This document shows, piece after piece, positions 19,056 through 28,572 of a stretch of 64,000 nt of DNA (its first letter is position 1; every line of letters starts with the position of its first letter). Origin of the DNA: an uncultured Flavobacteriales bacterium (lineage in GTDB: Bacteria > Bacteroidota > Bacteroidia > Flavobacteriales_D > CAJJDF01); the NCBI GenBank assembly GCA_938009745.1, contig CALLII010000023.1, forward strand, positions 2,458 to 66,457. Direction: 5' to 3'. The position numbers and the translations under genes are program-made. Under the pieces are notes generated by a model, which made no database searches, was not told the DNA's origin, and saw nothing but the letters and a program-made list of their open reading frames with translations.

Positions 19056-20738
19056 ATGGCAGGTGGAAAAGAAACCCCAAGGCAAAAGATGATTGGAATG
19101 ATGTATTTGGTATTAACAGCAATGTTAGCACTGAATGTATCCAAAAGTATTCTTGATGCCTTTATTACAATTGATGAACAATCATTAGAGCAAAATACCA
19201 ACATTATACAAGCAATTAATGGTGTAGGTACTAAAATTGCTTTTTTGAAAGAAGATCCTCAAGCAAGAAAAACGGCAAATGAAATTGAGCCTGTATTTGT
19301 TGCTATAAAGGAAATTTCTAACACAGTAGATGATCATTTTTATAATGAAATGAACGAAATGTTTTTAGAAACTGAAGGAAAAAAATGGTTCACAAAAGAT
19401 CTAGAAACTCAAGTAACTGCATTTATTCCTTTAGATGACATCACAAAAAAAGATGATTATGATACTCCTACAAGATTTTTTGGTGGAGATACTCCAAAAT
19501 CTGATAAAAGAGGAAAAGCACTTAGAGAAAAATTGGTAGAATACAGAGACAAATTAATCCTTACTGTAGCTGATTCTGTCAAAGATGACAAAAATGTTTA
19601 CCATGTTATCACTAAAGATAAATTAGCATCTAAAGAAGCTTTTATAAAATTCCTAGATGATGATAAGCACCCTAATAAAACTGAGTTATCAGAGATTTAC
19701 TCAAGTTTAACTAAGGATGAAAAAGTAATGCAGCACAAAGAAAAGAAAGACTGGAATGTTGCTCGTTTTTATCATCAACCAATGGTAGGAGTTGTATCTA
19801 CAATTACTTCATTAAGAAATGATATTAGATTAGCACAGCAGAAAGCTTCTAAAATGTTATTGTCAAGAATTGATAAGCCAATGATGAATATTAACAAAGT
19901 AGAAGCACAAGTAATTGCATCTACACAATATTTAAATGTTGGTGAAAAATTAGATGTAAAAGTTGGTATTGTTGCATTTGATTCAACAAAAAAATATCCA
20001 GTAAAGTACAGAATGAGTTCTTCAGGAGATTACACTCAATCTGATTCAGGAGCATTTGTACTTAGTGCAGGTTCACCAGGTAAAAGATCATTAGAGGGAA
20101 TGTTAGAAGTAGAATTAGCAGGAACTCCAACTGACTTACCTTTCTCTTTTGAATATACTGTAGGAAAACCTTCTGCATCAGTTGCAGCTCCAGAGCTTAA
20201 CGTGATGTATAGAGGATATGATAACAAGATTCAAGCTGTAGCTTCAGGATATCCACCAGACGCTATTTCAGTTTCTTGTAGTGGATGTTCAAGTTTCCAA
20301 AGAAATGGTGATGTATTTATTGCTAAAGTTGGAGGAGGTAAAGAAGCGACTGTATCGGTAAAAGCTGACGGAAAAACAATTGGATTCCAAAAGTTTAGAA
20401 TTATGCCATTACCTAAGCCTCAAGCTTATTTTGGAGGAAAAACTGTTGGGCAAAAAACAATCCAGAGTGGAATCCTTAAGCAAAATGTTAAGCTAAGTGC
20501 TAAACTTGCAGATTCTCCTTTAAATGTTAGTTTTTCAGTTAAATCATTTACATTGGATGTTATTGTAAACGGAAAAATTATTACTGAGAGAACTACAAGT
20601 GGTAACCTTTCACCAAAAATGAAAAATATGGTGAGAAATGCTAAAAAAGGACAAAAAGTATACATAAGTGATGTAATGGTAGCTGGACCTGATGGGAGAG
20701 CAATGCCTATTGGTGGCCTTACGTTTAAAGTAATATAA
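19056..20738 (+). CDS. gldM: Gliding motility/T9SS motor subunit GldM (PorM)
   Basis: MAGGKETPRQKMIGMMYLVLTAMLALNVSK, NVMYRGYDN, C-terminal Ig-like domains. Confidence 0.97.
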   Translation: MAGGKETPRQKMIGMMYLVLTAMLALNVSKSILDAFITIDEQSLEQNTNIIQAINGVGTKIAFLKEDPQARKTANEIEPVFVAIKEISNTVDDHFYNEMNEMFLETEGKKWFTKDLETQVTAFIPLDDITKKDDYDTPTRFFGGDTPKSDKRGKALREKLVEYRDKLILTVADSVKDDKNVYHVITKDKLASKEAFIKFLDDDKHPNKTELSEIYSSLTKDEKVMQHKEKKDWNVARFYHQPMVGVVSTITSLRNDIRLAQQKASKMLLSRIDKPMMNINKVEAQVIASTQYLNVGEKLDVKVGIVAFDSTKKYPVKYRMSSSGDYTQSDSGAFVLSAGSPGKRSLEGMLEVELAGTPTDLPFSFEYTVGKPSASVAAPELNVMYRGYDNKIQAVASGYPPDAISVSCSGCSSFQRNGDVFIAKVGGGKEATVSVKADGKTIGFQKFRIMPLPKPQAYFGGKTVGQKTIQSGILKQNVKLSAKLADSPLNVSFSVKSFTLDVIVNGKIITERTTSGNLSPKMKNMVRNAKKGQKVYISDVMVAGPDGRAMPIGGLTFKVI

Positions 20739-20787
20739 ATAACTTTTTAGCGTTTAGTACGTAGTAAGAATAGAAAAACAGAAGAAG

Positions 20788-21717
20788 ATGAAAACGAAAA
20801 TTTTAGGAATCGCAATGATGATGATGGGTGGTATTGCTTTTGGGCAATTACCAAGTACTGGTGTATCTCCTTCCAATGTATTGGATGGACTGTATGTTCA
20901 GCAACATATCCCAACAAAAAAAGTCATAAGTTATGCTCCTTTAAGAGAAGCGGATGTTATGTGGAGTAAAAGAGTTTGGAGAACACTTGATGTTCAACAA
21001 AAACTTAACTTCCCTCTGTTTTACCCAAGAGAGCCACTAACTGATAGAATGGCACTATGGGACATTATTAAGTATGGAATAGAAGAAGAAGGAAGTTTAA
21101 CTCCATATGAGATAAATGGAGAATCAGGATTTGATTTTGATGGAGAGTTTTTATTTCCTTTAACATCAAATGGAAATCCTAACGATACTGCTTACCAAAC
21201 TTCTAGAGACAACTTATTATACAGTACTTCAACAGTAATGAAAATTGGTGAAGATGGTGAGCCAGAACTAGACTCTGAAGGTTATGAAACTTATATAACA
21301 GATAGAAGTCCTATTTTAGCTAATCAAATTGTTAAATATTATGTAAAAGAAGATTGGTTCTTTGATAAACAAAGGTCTGTAATGGATGTTAGAATCATTG
21401 GAATAAGTCCAGTTATTGTTGAGTATGATGATGAAGGAGAAGTTAAAGGTGAAAAGCAACTATTCTGGTTATATTTCCCAGAGTGTAGATATGTTTTCCA
21501 AAACTACTTTGTTTACAATAGAAAAAATGATGCCCAAAGAATGTCTTTTGATGATTTATTCTGGAAAAGAATGTTTGCAAGTTTCATTCATAAGGAATCA
21601 AATGTTTATGACAGAGAAGTTAAAAACTATGAGAACAATGGAGTAAAAGCTTTATTAGAATCAGAAAGAATTAAAAATCAGATGCTAATTATTGAGCACG
21701 ATTTGTGGCATTTATAA
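20788..21717 (+). CDS. gldN: Gliding motility/T9SS protein GldN (PorN)
   Basis: LREADVMWSKRVWR, KEDWFFDKQRSVMDVRIIGI, LFWLYFPECR, SFDDLFWKRMF. Confidence 0.96.
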   Translation: MKTKILGIAMMMMGGIAFGQLPSTGVSPSNVLDGLYVQQHIPTKKVISYAPLREADVMWSKRVWRTLDVQQKLNFPLFYPREPLTDRMALWDIIKYGIEEEGSLTPYEINGESGFDFDGEFLFPLTSNGNPNDTAYQTSRDNLLYSTSTVMKIGEDGEPELDSEGYETYITDRSPILANQIVKYYVKEDWFFDKQRSVMDVRIIGISPVIVEYDDEGEVKGEKQLFWLYFPECRYVFQNYFVYNRKNDAQRMSFDDLFWKRMFASFIHKESNVYDREVKNYENNGVKALLESERIKNQMLIIEHDLWHL

Positions 21718-21739
21718 TATATCTTAACTATTAAATTTT

Positions 21740-21774
21740 AAGGCTGTGTAGTTTATTCTTCACAGCCTTTTTTT
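21740..21774 (+). terminator. Intrinsic terminator after gldN
   Basis: AAGGCTGTG-12 nt-CACAGCCTT followed by a T-run. Confidence 0.8.
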
Positions 21775-21799
21775 GTTAATTTCGTATAATATTACGACT

Positions 21800-22849
21800 A
21801 TGAAAAAAATACTTATCACTGGAGGAGCTGGTTTTATTGGCTCTCATGTACTGCGTTTATTTGTAAATAAATATCCTAATGTGGATGTTGTAAATTTAGA
21901 TAAACTTACTTATGCTGGTAATTTAGAAAATCTAACAGATTTTGAAGATAAAGAGAATTACTCTTTTGTAAAAGGTGATATTGTAGATGAGGACTTTGTA
22001 AACAGCTTGTTTAAGAATCATCAGTTTGATGGTGTTATCCATTTAGCTGCCGAATCTCATGTAGATAGGTCAATAACGAACCCAACAGAGTTTATCAAAA
22101 CTAATATAATGGGAACGATAAACTTATTGAATGCAGCAAGGGCATCTTGGGGAGATGACATGAAGGATAAAATATTTTATCATATATCAACAGACGAAGT
22201 TTATGGCTCTCTTGGTAAAGAAGGTTTTTTTGTAGAAGAAACACCTTACGACCCCCGTTCACCATACTCATCATCTAAAGCAAGTTCCGATCATTTAGTA
22301 CGTGCTTATTTCCATACTTATGGAATGCCAGTTAAAATTTCTAATTGCTCCAATAATTATGGGGCTAATCAGTTTCCAGAGAAGCTACTTCCTTTGATGA
22401 TTAATAACATTAAACAAAGTAAGCCATTGCCAGTTTATGGAGAGGGACTGAATATTAGAGATTGGCTGTGGGTAGAAGATCACGCCAGAGCAATTGATGT
22501 TATTTTTCATAACGGAGTATTAGGTGAAACTTATAACATTGGAGGTAATAACGAATGGACTAACATTGATTTAGTTAAGTTATTATGTGCTACAATGGAT
22601 AAAAAGCTTGGTAGATCAGAAGGTGAAAGCGAAAAACTTATTACTTATGTAAAAGACAGGGCAGGCCATGATATGCGATATGCAATTGATGCTAGTAAAA
22701 TAAAAAGGGACTTAGGCTGGGAGCCTTCTATTACTTTTGAAAAAGGATTAGAAGCTACTGTAGATTGGTATTTGGAAAATGAAGAATGGCTTAATAATGT
22801 TACGTCTGGTCAGTACCAAAATTATTATAACAAACAATATAAAAACTAA
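21800..22849 (+). CDS. rfbB: dTDP-glucose 4,6-dehydratase
   Basis: ITGGAGFIGS, HLAAESHVDRSI, ISTDEVYG, YSSSKASSD, NNYG, DWLWVEDH. Start placed at ATG 21800. Confidence 0.96.
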   Translation: MKKILITGGAGFIGSHVLRLFVNKYPNVDVVNLDKLTYAGNLENLTDFEDKENYSFVKGDIVDEDFVNSLFKNHQFDGVIHLAAESHVDRSITNPTEFIKTNIMGTINLLNAARASWGDDMKDKIFYHISTDEVYGSLGKEGFFVEETPYDPRSPYSSSKASSDHLVRAYFHTYGMPVKISNCSNNYGANQFPEKLLPLMINNIKQSKPLPVYGEGLNIRDWLWVEDHARAIDVIFHNGVLGETYNIGGNNEWTNIDLVKLLCATMDKKLGRSEGESEKLITYVKDRAGHDMRYAIDASKIKRDLGWEPSITFEKGLEATVDWYLENEEWLNNVTSGQYQNYYNKQYKN

Positions 22850-22854
22850 AAGCT

Positions 22855-23175
22855 ATGTCAACTGAAAATGGAATGGACGATAAAACGATTGCTATAATTT
22901 CGCATATTACCTTAGTAGGATGGATTGTTGCAATTGTTATGAATAGCAATAATAAATCTGAACATACAAGTTTTTATCTAAGGCAGATGTTGGGTTTAAT
23001 GATTATTGCTGCAGCTGGTTCTGTGCTAAGTTATGTAATTTCATTTATAGGAATGGCTATTTCAATAATTGCTATAGTGCTTTGGGTTCTTAGTCTTATT
23101 AGCGCTACTTCTGGAGAAAAAAAGGAAGTTCCTGTTGTGGGTGCATACTTTCAAGATTGGTTCAAGGGATTATAA
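22855..23175 (+). CDS. Small 3-TM membrane protein (DUF4870/Tic20-like)
   Basis: IAIISHITLVGWIVA, FYLRQMLGL, ends EVPVVG.YFQDWF. Confidence 0.7.
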   Translation: MSTENGMDDKTIAIISHITLVGWIVAIVMNSNNKSEHTSFYLRQMLGLMIIAAAGSVLSYVISFIGMAISIIAIVLWVLSLISATSGEKKEVPVVGAYFQDWFKGL

Positions 23176-23619
23176 ATCCTCCTGAACTTCCTGAGTTTGT
23201 TCTACTTCTTCCTCTAAATCTTTATTCCAAATAAACACATTGTTGTTATTTGTAATTTGATTGATATCCTTTGCTGCAATAATATAGAATATATCAATTA
23301 ACGGCAATATTAGAAACCCTCCACCAAGAGTTAGCGTGTATGCAATTGGAACTATAGGTTCTGTGCCTAAATACAACCTATGTACTCCAAAAGCACCTAG
23401 TGTAATTGCCAAAGAAATAGCAATCAGTTTAGTCTTATTCACATTGGAGTCTTTAGGGATTTTAAGGTTTATAAAGAAAGTATTTTCAATATCACTTTGA
23501 TAAATATCTGTAATTTGAATTTCTTCAAGTGAATATATTATCTCCTTTTTTTCAAAGTTACTTGAGAATAAGTATGTGCCAGTAGCACTAAACAATACAA
23601 AGAGAATAAGTGATTTCAT
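23170..23619 (-). CDS. TM2-domain membrane protein
   Basis: LAITLGAFGVHRLYLG...TLGGGF.I..LID is the TM2 motif; N-terminal signal-like segment. Confidence 0.8.
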   Translation of the reverse strand: MKSLILFVLFSATGTYLFSSNFEKKEIIYSLEEIQITDIYQSDIENTFFINLKIPKDSNVNKTKLIAISLAITLGAFGVHRLYLGTEPIVPIAYTLTLGGGFLILPLIDIFYIIAAKDINQITNNNNVFIWNKDLEEEVEQTQEVQEDL

Positions 23620-23646
23620 TATTTTAGGTATTAAAAATAAATGTAC

Positions 23647-23676
23647 AAAAAAACCTGCTTCAATCGAAGCAGGTTT
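23647..23676 (-). terminator. Intrinsic terminator after sodA
   Basis: AAACCTGCTTC-4 nt-GAAGCAGGTTT 11-bp stem with a U-tract on the minus strand. Confidence 0.85.
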
Positions 23677-23703
23677 AGTTTTTCAAATTTTAATTAAAAA
23701 AAA

Positions 23704-24312
23704 TTATTTGTTAGCAGCATATAATTTTGAAACCTCATCCCAGTTAATCACATTAAAAAATGCATTGATGTAATCTGGCCTTCTGTTTTGGTAGTTTAAG
23801 TAATAAGCATGCTCCCAAACATCAATTCCTAATATTGGAAAACCTCCGCAACCAACACCTGGCATTAAAGGATTGTCTTGGTTTGGTGTTCCACAAACTT
23901 CTACTTTTCCTCCTTCTTTAACACATAACCATGCCCATCCAGATCCAAATTGAGTTGCTGCAGCATTAGAAAATGCATTTTTAAACTCTTCGAAAGATCC
24001 AAAAGCATCATTAATAGCAGAAGCTACTTCTCCTGTAGGTTCTCCTCCTCCGTTAGGAGACATAACTGTCCAAAACAATCTGTGGTTATAATATCCTCCA
24101 CCATTGTTTCTAAGGGCTCCGTTAGACATGTCCAGTCCGTTTAAAATCTCTTCTATAGATTTTCCAGAAAGATCAGTTCCTTCTATTGCTCCATTAAGTT
24201 TAGTTGTATATCCATTATGGTGCTTACTGTGGTGAATTTCCATAGTTCTAGCATCAATATTTGGTTCTAATGCATTGTAGGCATAAGATAATTCTGGCAA
24301 TGTAAATGACAT
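23704..24312 (-). CDS. sodA: Superoxide dismutase, Mn or cambialistic type
   Basis: [40 protein letters not shown] and QD residues point to the Mn-type subfamily. Confidence 0.95.
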   Translation of the reverse strand: MSFTLPELSYAYNALEPNIDARTMEIHHSKHHNGYTTKLNGAIEGTDLSGKSIEEILNGLDMSNGALRNNGGGYYNHRLFWTVMSPNGGGEPTGEVASAINDAFGSFEEFKNAFSNAAATQFGSGWAWLCVKEGGKVEVCGTPNQDNPLMPGVGCGGFPILGIDVWEHAYYLNYQNRRPDYINAFFNVINWDEVSKLYAANK

Positions 24313-24347
24313 ATTTTTCGTTTTTTAGATTAAATTTTTATTTAAAA

Positions 24348-24355
24348 CAAATATA
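24348..24355 (-). promoter_or_regulatory. -7 promoter element for sodA
   Basis: TATATTTG on the minus strand, 35 nt upstream of the ATG. Confidence 0.6.
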
Positions 24356-24420
24356 AATAAAGTAGGGTTCAAAGTAAAATAAATTGAAGAGCATTAATCA
24401 ATCTAATAGATAATCAACTA

Positions 24421-24882
24421 TTACTTCGTTAATTCTTTATAATTAACAGAGTATAATATTACAAATAGAATTGAGAATACACTCCCAGAAATAACTAGAC
24501 CCGCAGTTAAAGGATCCTTTAAAATAATAAAAGGAACACAAATTTCAGTTAATGTTGCTAAAATATAAATCCAAAATCCCAGCTTCATTAATTTCCTCAT
24601 CAGTAAGGCAGCAGTAATACTTAGTATACAAACTAAAATAGTATTTAAGTTTAAAATTTCGGCATAATCAAGTACATTGTCTGCCATACCCAGGGCCCAT
24701 TCAAGCATTGGATTGGATTCAACTTCAGTACTTTCTTTAGCTTCACCTAGAGCTTCTTGAAATTGAGAAATATTACCCGAAAGAATAAATGAATTGATGA
24801 CGCCTGATATTAATATCATTGAACTCCATCCAATTGTCATGATAGAGATCACATTAAGCATTTCAGGTAATTTCTTCTTCAT
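24421..24882 (-). CDS. Hypothetical multi-pass membrane protein
   Basis: About four hydrophobic segments; 9-nt gap to the upstream gene in the same orientation. Confidence 0.7.
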   Translation of the reverse strand: MKKKLPEMLNVISIMTIGWSSMILISGVINSFILSGNISQFQEALGEAKESTEVESNPMLEWALGMADNVLDYAEILNLNTILVCILSITAALLMRKLMKLGFWIYILATLTEICVPFIILKDPLTAGLVISGSVFSILFVILYSVNYKELTK

Positions 24883-24891
24883 TGGTAGGTT

Positions 24892-25272
24892 TTAAGATTC
24901 TAATAAATCCTGGTCTAATAAGTCATCATCACTATTAAAAGGCTTATTTCCAATGTATTTAGCATCACCAAATCCTAATATTGGAATGAAAACAATCCCT
25001 AATAAAACTAATCCAACGGTAAAGCCGGCATCTTTTCCAAAGTTTAAAGATACACCATGCCAAACAATAATTGCAGCAACTATGTTTGCAATAGGAATAA
25101 AAAATAAGATCATCCACCAAGTTGGTTTTCCTGCAATTTGAGTCAAAATATATATGTTGTAAAAAGGTACGATTGCTGCCCATCCTGGGTGTCCTGCTTT
25201 TTCAAATACTTTCCATAAAGAAGCGATTAAAAAGACGATTAATCCAAGGTAAAGAATAATTACAAATGCCAT
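24892..25272 (-). CDS. Membrane protein, DUF5684-like
   Basis: LWKVFEKAGHPGWAAIVPFYNIY...FGKDAGFTVGLV...PILGFG.AKY. Confidence 0.8.
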   Translation of the reverse strand: MAFVIILYLGLIVFLIASLWKVFEKAGHPGWAAIVPFYNIYILTQIAGKPTWWMILFFIPIANIVAAIIVWHGVSLNFGKDAGFTVGLVLLGIVFIPILGFGDAKYIGNKPFNSDDDLLDQDLLES

Positions 25273-25350
25273 AATAAATAGTTTTTTTAGTTAATGAACA
25301 TCAATATAGTTAGAAAACTCAAATTTTTAAAATTCTAAACTTGTTTTTAG

Positions 25351-25358
25351 TAACTTTG
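25351..25358 (+). promoter_or_regulatory. -7 promoter element for the NifU-family gene
   Basis: TAACTTTG 18 nt upstream of ATG 25377, which supports this start over TTG 25341. Confidence 0.6.
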
Positions 25359-25376
25359 TTCACCAAAATAATCGAC

Positions 25377-25997
25377 ATGGAAACTCAAGAAATGCCAATT
25401 ACCATTTATTCGGAGATGACTCCTAACCCTAATACTATGAAGTTTGTAGCTAACAAAATGTTGGTTCAAGAAGATATAGTAGTAGAGTACGCTAATGCTA
25501 GTGAAGCAAAAGGATCATCAAAAATTGCTGAGTCTTTGTTCGCTTTTCCATTTGTTAAAGGGGTATTTATTGCACGTAATTTTATTACGGTATCAAAAAT
25601 GCCTGCAATAGAATGGGATGACATTACTTTGGAATTAAGATTGTTTATTGCTGATTCTTTAAAACAGAATCCAGTTGTAGTGAGTACTTTGCCAGCAACA
25701 AAAGAGTCTGCTGAAAATGCTGTTGAAAAAGCACCTTCTCCAGTTTTTGAGCCAGTTATCACTTCAGATGCTGATCAGCAAATTGTTAATCTTTTAGATG
25801 AATTTGTAAGGCCTGCTGTTGAAAATGATGGTGGAGCAATCCATTTCAAAAGCTTCGAAGAAGGAATAGTAACTGTAATCCTAAAAGGTTCATGTAGTGG
25901 ATGTCCATCTTCTACGGCAACACTTAAAGGAGGGGTTGAACAATTACTTAAATCTCATTTACCTGATGTAACTGAGGTTGTTGCAGAAGCACATTAA
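25377..25997 (+). CDS. NfuA/NifU-family Fe-S cluster carrier (Nfu N-terminal plus NifU C-terminal domain)
   Basis: TPNPNTMKFV N-domain, VRPAVENDGG, LKGSCSGCPSSTATLKGGVE. Confidence 0.93.
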   Translation: METQEMPITIYSEMTPNPNTMKFVANKMLVQEDIVVEYANASEAKGSSKIAESLFAFPFVKGVFIARNFITVSKMPAIEWDDITLELRLFIADSLKQNPVVVSTLPATKESAENAVEKAPSPVFEPVITSDADQQIVNLLDEFVRPAVENDGGAIHFKSFEEGIVTVILKGSCSGCPSSTATLKGGVEQLLKSHLPDVTEVVAEAH

Positions 25998-25999
25998 TT

Positions 26000-26227
26000 A
26001 TGAATAAATTTAATAAAGGTCTTGAGCGGTTTTGGTTGCTATTTTCAATAGCGGTTGCAATTTTTTGTGTTTATGAATTTGCAATTGATGAGGTTGCCAC
26101 AGCCAAGTATTATTTAATTTTTCTGGTATTGCCTATTTTGATGTACTTATTCAGAAGGTATATTCGAATTAAGATGGAAAAATCTTCGAAAGAAAGAGAA
26201 GCTAATAATCCAAGTAACAAAAAATAG
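26000..26227 (+). CDS. Hypothetical small 2-TM membrane protein
   Basis: Two hydrophobic helices and a basic tail; 2-nt gap after the NifU gene. Confidence 0.65.
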   Translation: MNKFNKGLERFWLLFSIAVAIFCVYEFAIDEVATAKYYLIFLVLPILMYLFRRYIRIKMEKSSKEREANNPSNKK

Positions 26228-26270
26228 AATCCGCAATATTTTTGTATATTCAACAATGATTTAGCCCTTA

Positions 26271-27536
26271 ATGGAACAGTACATTTTGTTAATTATTTTG
26301 GTTTCCCTAGTTTTTTCCGCTTTCTTTTCGGGAACGGAAATTGCTTACTTACAATCCAACAGATTAAAGATAGAAATTGATAGAAAGCAAGGAATTGTTA
26401 GCGCCAGAATTCTTTCTTTTTTCGTTCGAAATGAATCTAAGTTTATTACCATGCTATTACTCGGGAACAATATAGCACTTGTTGTTTATGGTATTTTTAT
26501 GGGTGAGCTTATTATCGAAAAAATTTTCCCAGCTCACATTGGCATTCAAAATTTACCTTGGTTAATATTACTTACTCAAACTTTAATATCTACACTTGTA
26601 ATACTTGTTACAGCTGAATTTTTGCCTAAAACTATTTTTAGAATAAATCCAAACAGAACATTGAGTTTATTAGCATTTATGCTGGCGATAGTATATGGTA
26701 TTTTATACATACCAACTTTACTTGTTACTTTTATTAGTAACATGATTTTAGGCCTTTTTGGAAGTAAGAAAGAAATTGGAGAAGTTAATTTTGGCGCCAT
26801 AGATTTAGATGATTACCTAAATAAATCAACTAAAATACAGACGGATAAGGAACAGGATTATGAAGTAAAAATGTTTCATAATGCTTTAAATTTTAATAAA
26901 GTAAAAGCAAGAGATTGTTTAATTCCAAGAACAGAAATTAAAGCTTTAAATGTTGAACAATCTATTGTTGAATTAAAAAACGAATTTGTAGAGTCTGGTT
27001 ATTCTAAAATATTGATTTTTAGAGATACCATTGATAATATTATAGGTTATGTTCATTCATTTGAGATTTTTAAGTCACCAGAAACAATTACTGAAATATT
27101 GAGACCAGTTGGGATTGTTGCTGAATCAATGCCAGTAAACAAACTTCTAAATCAATTTATTAAACAGAAACAGGGAATTACAGTAGTAGTAGATGAATAT
27201 GGAGGGACTGCAGGAATTATAACTATGGAAGATGTTGTAGAAGAGATTTTTGGAGAAATAGAGGATGAACATGACAATGAGGAGCTTATAGAAGAGCAAC
27301 ACACTGAATCTGTTTATATATTTTCGGGAAGGCAGGAAATAGAATACATAAATAGTGAATACAATTTGGACTTACCAGAATCTGATGAATATGAAACTTT
27401 AGCAGGGTTAATTGTAACTATTCATGAAAACATTCCTAATGAAGGGGATATCATAGAGATTAATGATTTTTATTTTGAAATTCTAGAATGTTCTAATTCT
27501 AAAATAGAGAAAATTAAATTAATTCAGAATAACTAA
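26271..27536 (+). CDS. HlyC/CorC (CNNM/DUF21 + CBS + CorC_HlyC) family transporter
   Basis: SAFFSGTEIA, LLGNNIA, AEFLPK, VVDEYGGTAGIITMEDVVEEIFGEIEDEHD, YETLAG. Confidence 0.92.
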   Translation: MEQYILLIILVSLVFSAFFSGTEIAYLQSNRLKIEIDRKQGIVSARILSFFVRNESKFITMLLLGNNIALVVYGIFMGELIIEKIFPAHIGIQNLPWLILLTQTLISTLVILVTAEFLPKTIFRINPNRTLSLLAFMLAIVYGILYIPTLLVTFISNMILGLFGSKKEIGEVNFGAIDLDDYLNKSTKIQTDKEQDYEVKMFHNALNFNKVKARDCLIPRTEIKALNVEQSIVELKNEFVESGYSKILIFRDTIDNIIGYVHSFEIFKSPETITEILRPVGIVAESMPVNKLLNQFIKQKQGITVVVDEYGGTAGIITMEDVVEEIFGEIEDEHDNEELIEEQHTESVYIFSGRQEIEYINSEYNLDLPESDEYETLAGLIVTIHENIPNEGDIIEINDFYFEILECSNSKIEKIKLIQNN

Positions 27537-27539
27537 ACC

Positions 27540-27989
27540 ATGCTCACAGTATTTTCAGATGAGTCTTTTATGAAGCAGGCTTTTAACCAAGCTAAACTTG
27601 CTTTTGATGCAGGTGAACTTCCTATTGGTGCAGTTGTAGTTTCTAATAATAAAATAATTGCTAGAGCACATAATCAAACTGAGTTACTAAATGATTTTAC
27701 TGCTCATGCAGAAATGTTAGCCTTTACATCTGCATCAGAGTTTTTTGGTAATAAATATTTGAATAAATGTACTTTGTATGTTACGCTTGAACCCTGTGTA
27801 ATGTGTGCTGGAGCATCTTTTTGGACAAGGATTGGTAAAGTCGTTTATGGAGCCTCTGATCCAAAAAGAGGGTTCTCTTCAGTGCCAAAATCTTTGTTAC
27901 ATCCTAAAACAGAAATTGTGAGTGGTATCATGGAAAAAGAGTGTACAGAAATTTTAGATTTGTTCTTCGAAACAAAACGAAAAATCTAA
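27540..27989 (+). CDS. tadA: Nucleoside deaminase, TadA-like tRNA adenosine deaminase
   Basis: GELPIGAVVV, TAHAEM, TLEPCVMCAGA, VYGASDPK. Confidence 0.85.
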   Translation: MLTVFSDESFMKQAFNQAKLAFDAGELPIGAVVVSNNKIIARAHNQTELLNDFTAHAEMLAFTSASEFFGNKYLNKCTLYVTLEPCVMCAGASFWTRIGKVVYGASDPKRGFSSVPKSLLHPKTEIVSGIMEKECTEILDLFFETKRKI

Positions 27990-28074
27990 CGCGCTAAAAT
28001 TCCTTTTTAAAGCCCCACTTTTGAAAATACTTCCTTATCTTTACTTTACTTTTTTAATAAAGTGATACCAAATT

Positions 28075-28569
28075 ATGGCTAAAAAATTGAAACATAGTGT
28101 TGAACTTACAGTATACGCTAATGTTGATGAACTTTCTGTTAACGACAAAGAATTGATTGAAAGAGCCAAAAAAGTAAGTAAAACAGCTTATGCTCCATAT
28201 TCACAATTTTATGTGGGAGCAGCAATACGACTTAGTTCTAATGAAATAATTGAGGGAAGTAACCAAGAGAACATGGCTTATCCTTCTGGTATGTGTGCGG
28301 AGAGAGTAGCAATTTATTATGCAAACTCTTTTCATTCTGATGCTAAGATTGATACAATTGCGGTTACTGCTTTTGCTAAAGGTTTTGATGTTAATCATCC
28401 TGTATCGCCCTGTGGTGCTTGCAGACAATCAATGGCTGAGTATGAATTAAAACAAAAACAACCTATCCGATTAATAATGACCGGAGAGAGTGGAGATATT
28501 TATATTGCGGAAAGTATAGAAACTGTGCTACCGTTTATGTTTAATGAAATTGAATTGAAAAAAGAATAA
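28075..28569 (+). CDS. cdd: Cytidine deaminase
   Basis: AYAPYSQFYVGAA, GSNQEN, CAERVA, SPCGACRQ. Confidence 0.93.
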   Translation: MAKKLKHSVELTVYANVDELSVNDKELIERAKKVSKTAYAPYSQFYVGAAIRLSSNEIIEGSNQENMAYPSGMCAERVAIYYANSFHSDAKIDTIAVTAFAKGFDVNHPVSPCGACRQSMAEYELKQKQPIRLIMTGESGDIYIAESIETVLPFMFNEIELKKE

Positions 28570-28572
28570 ATT

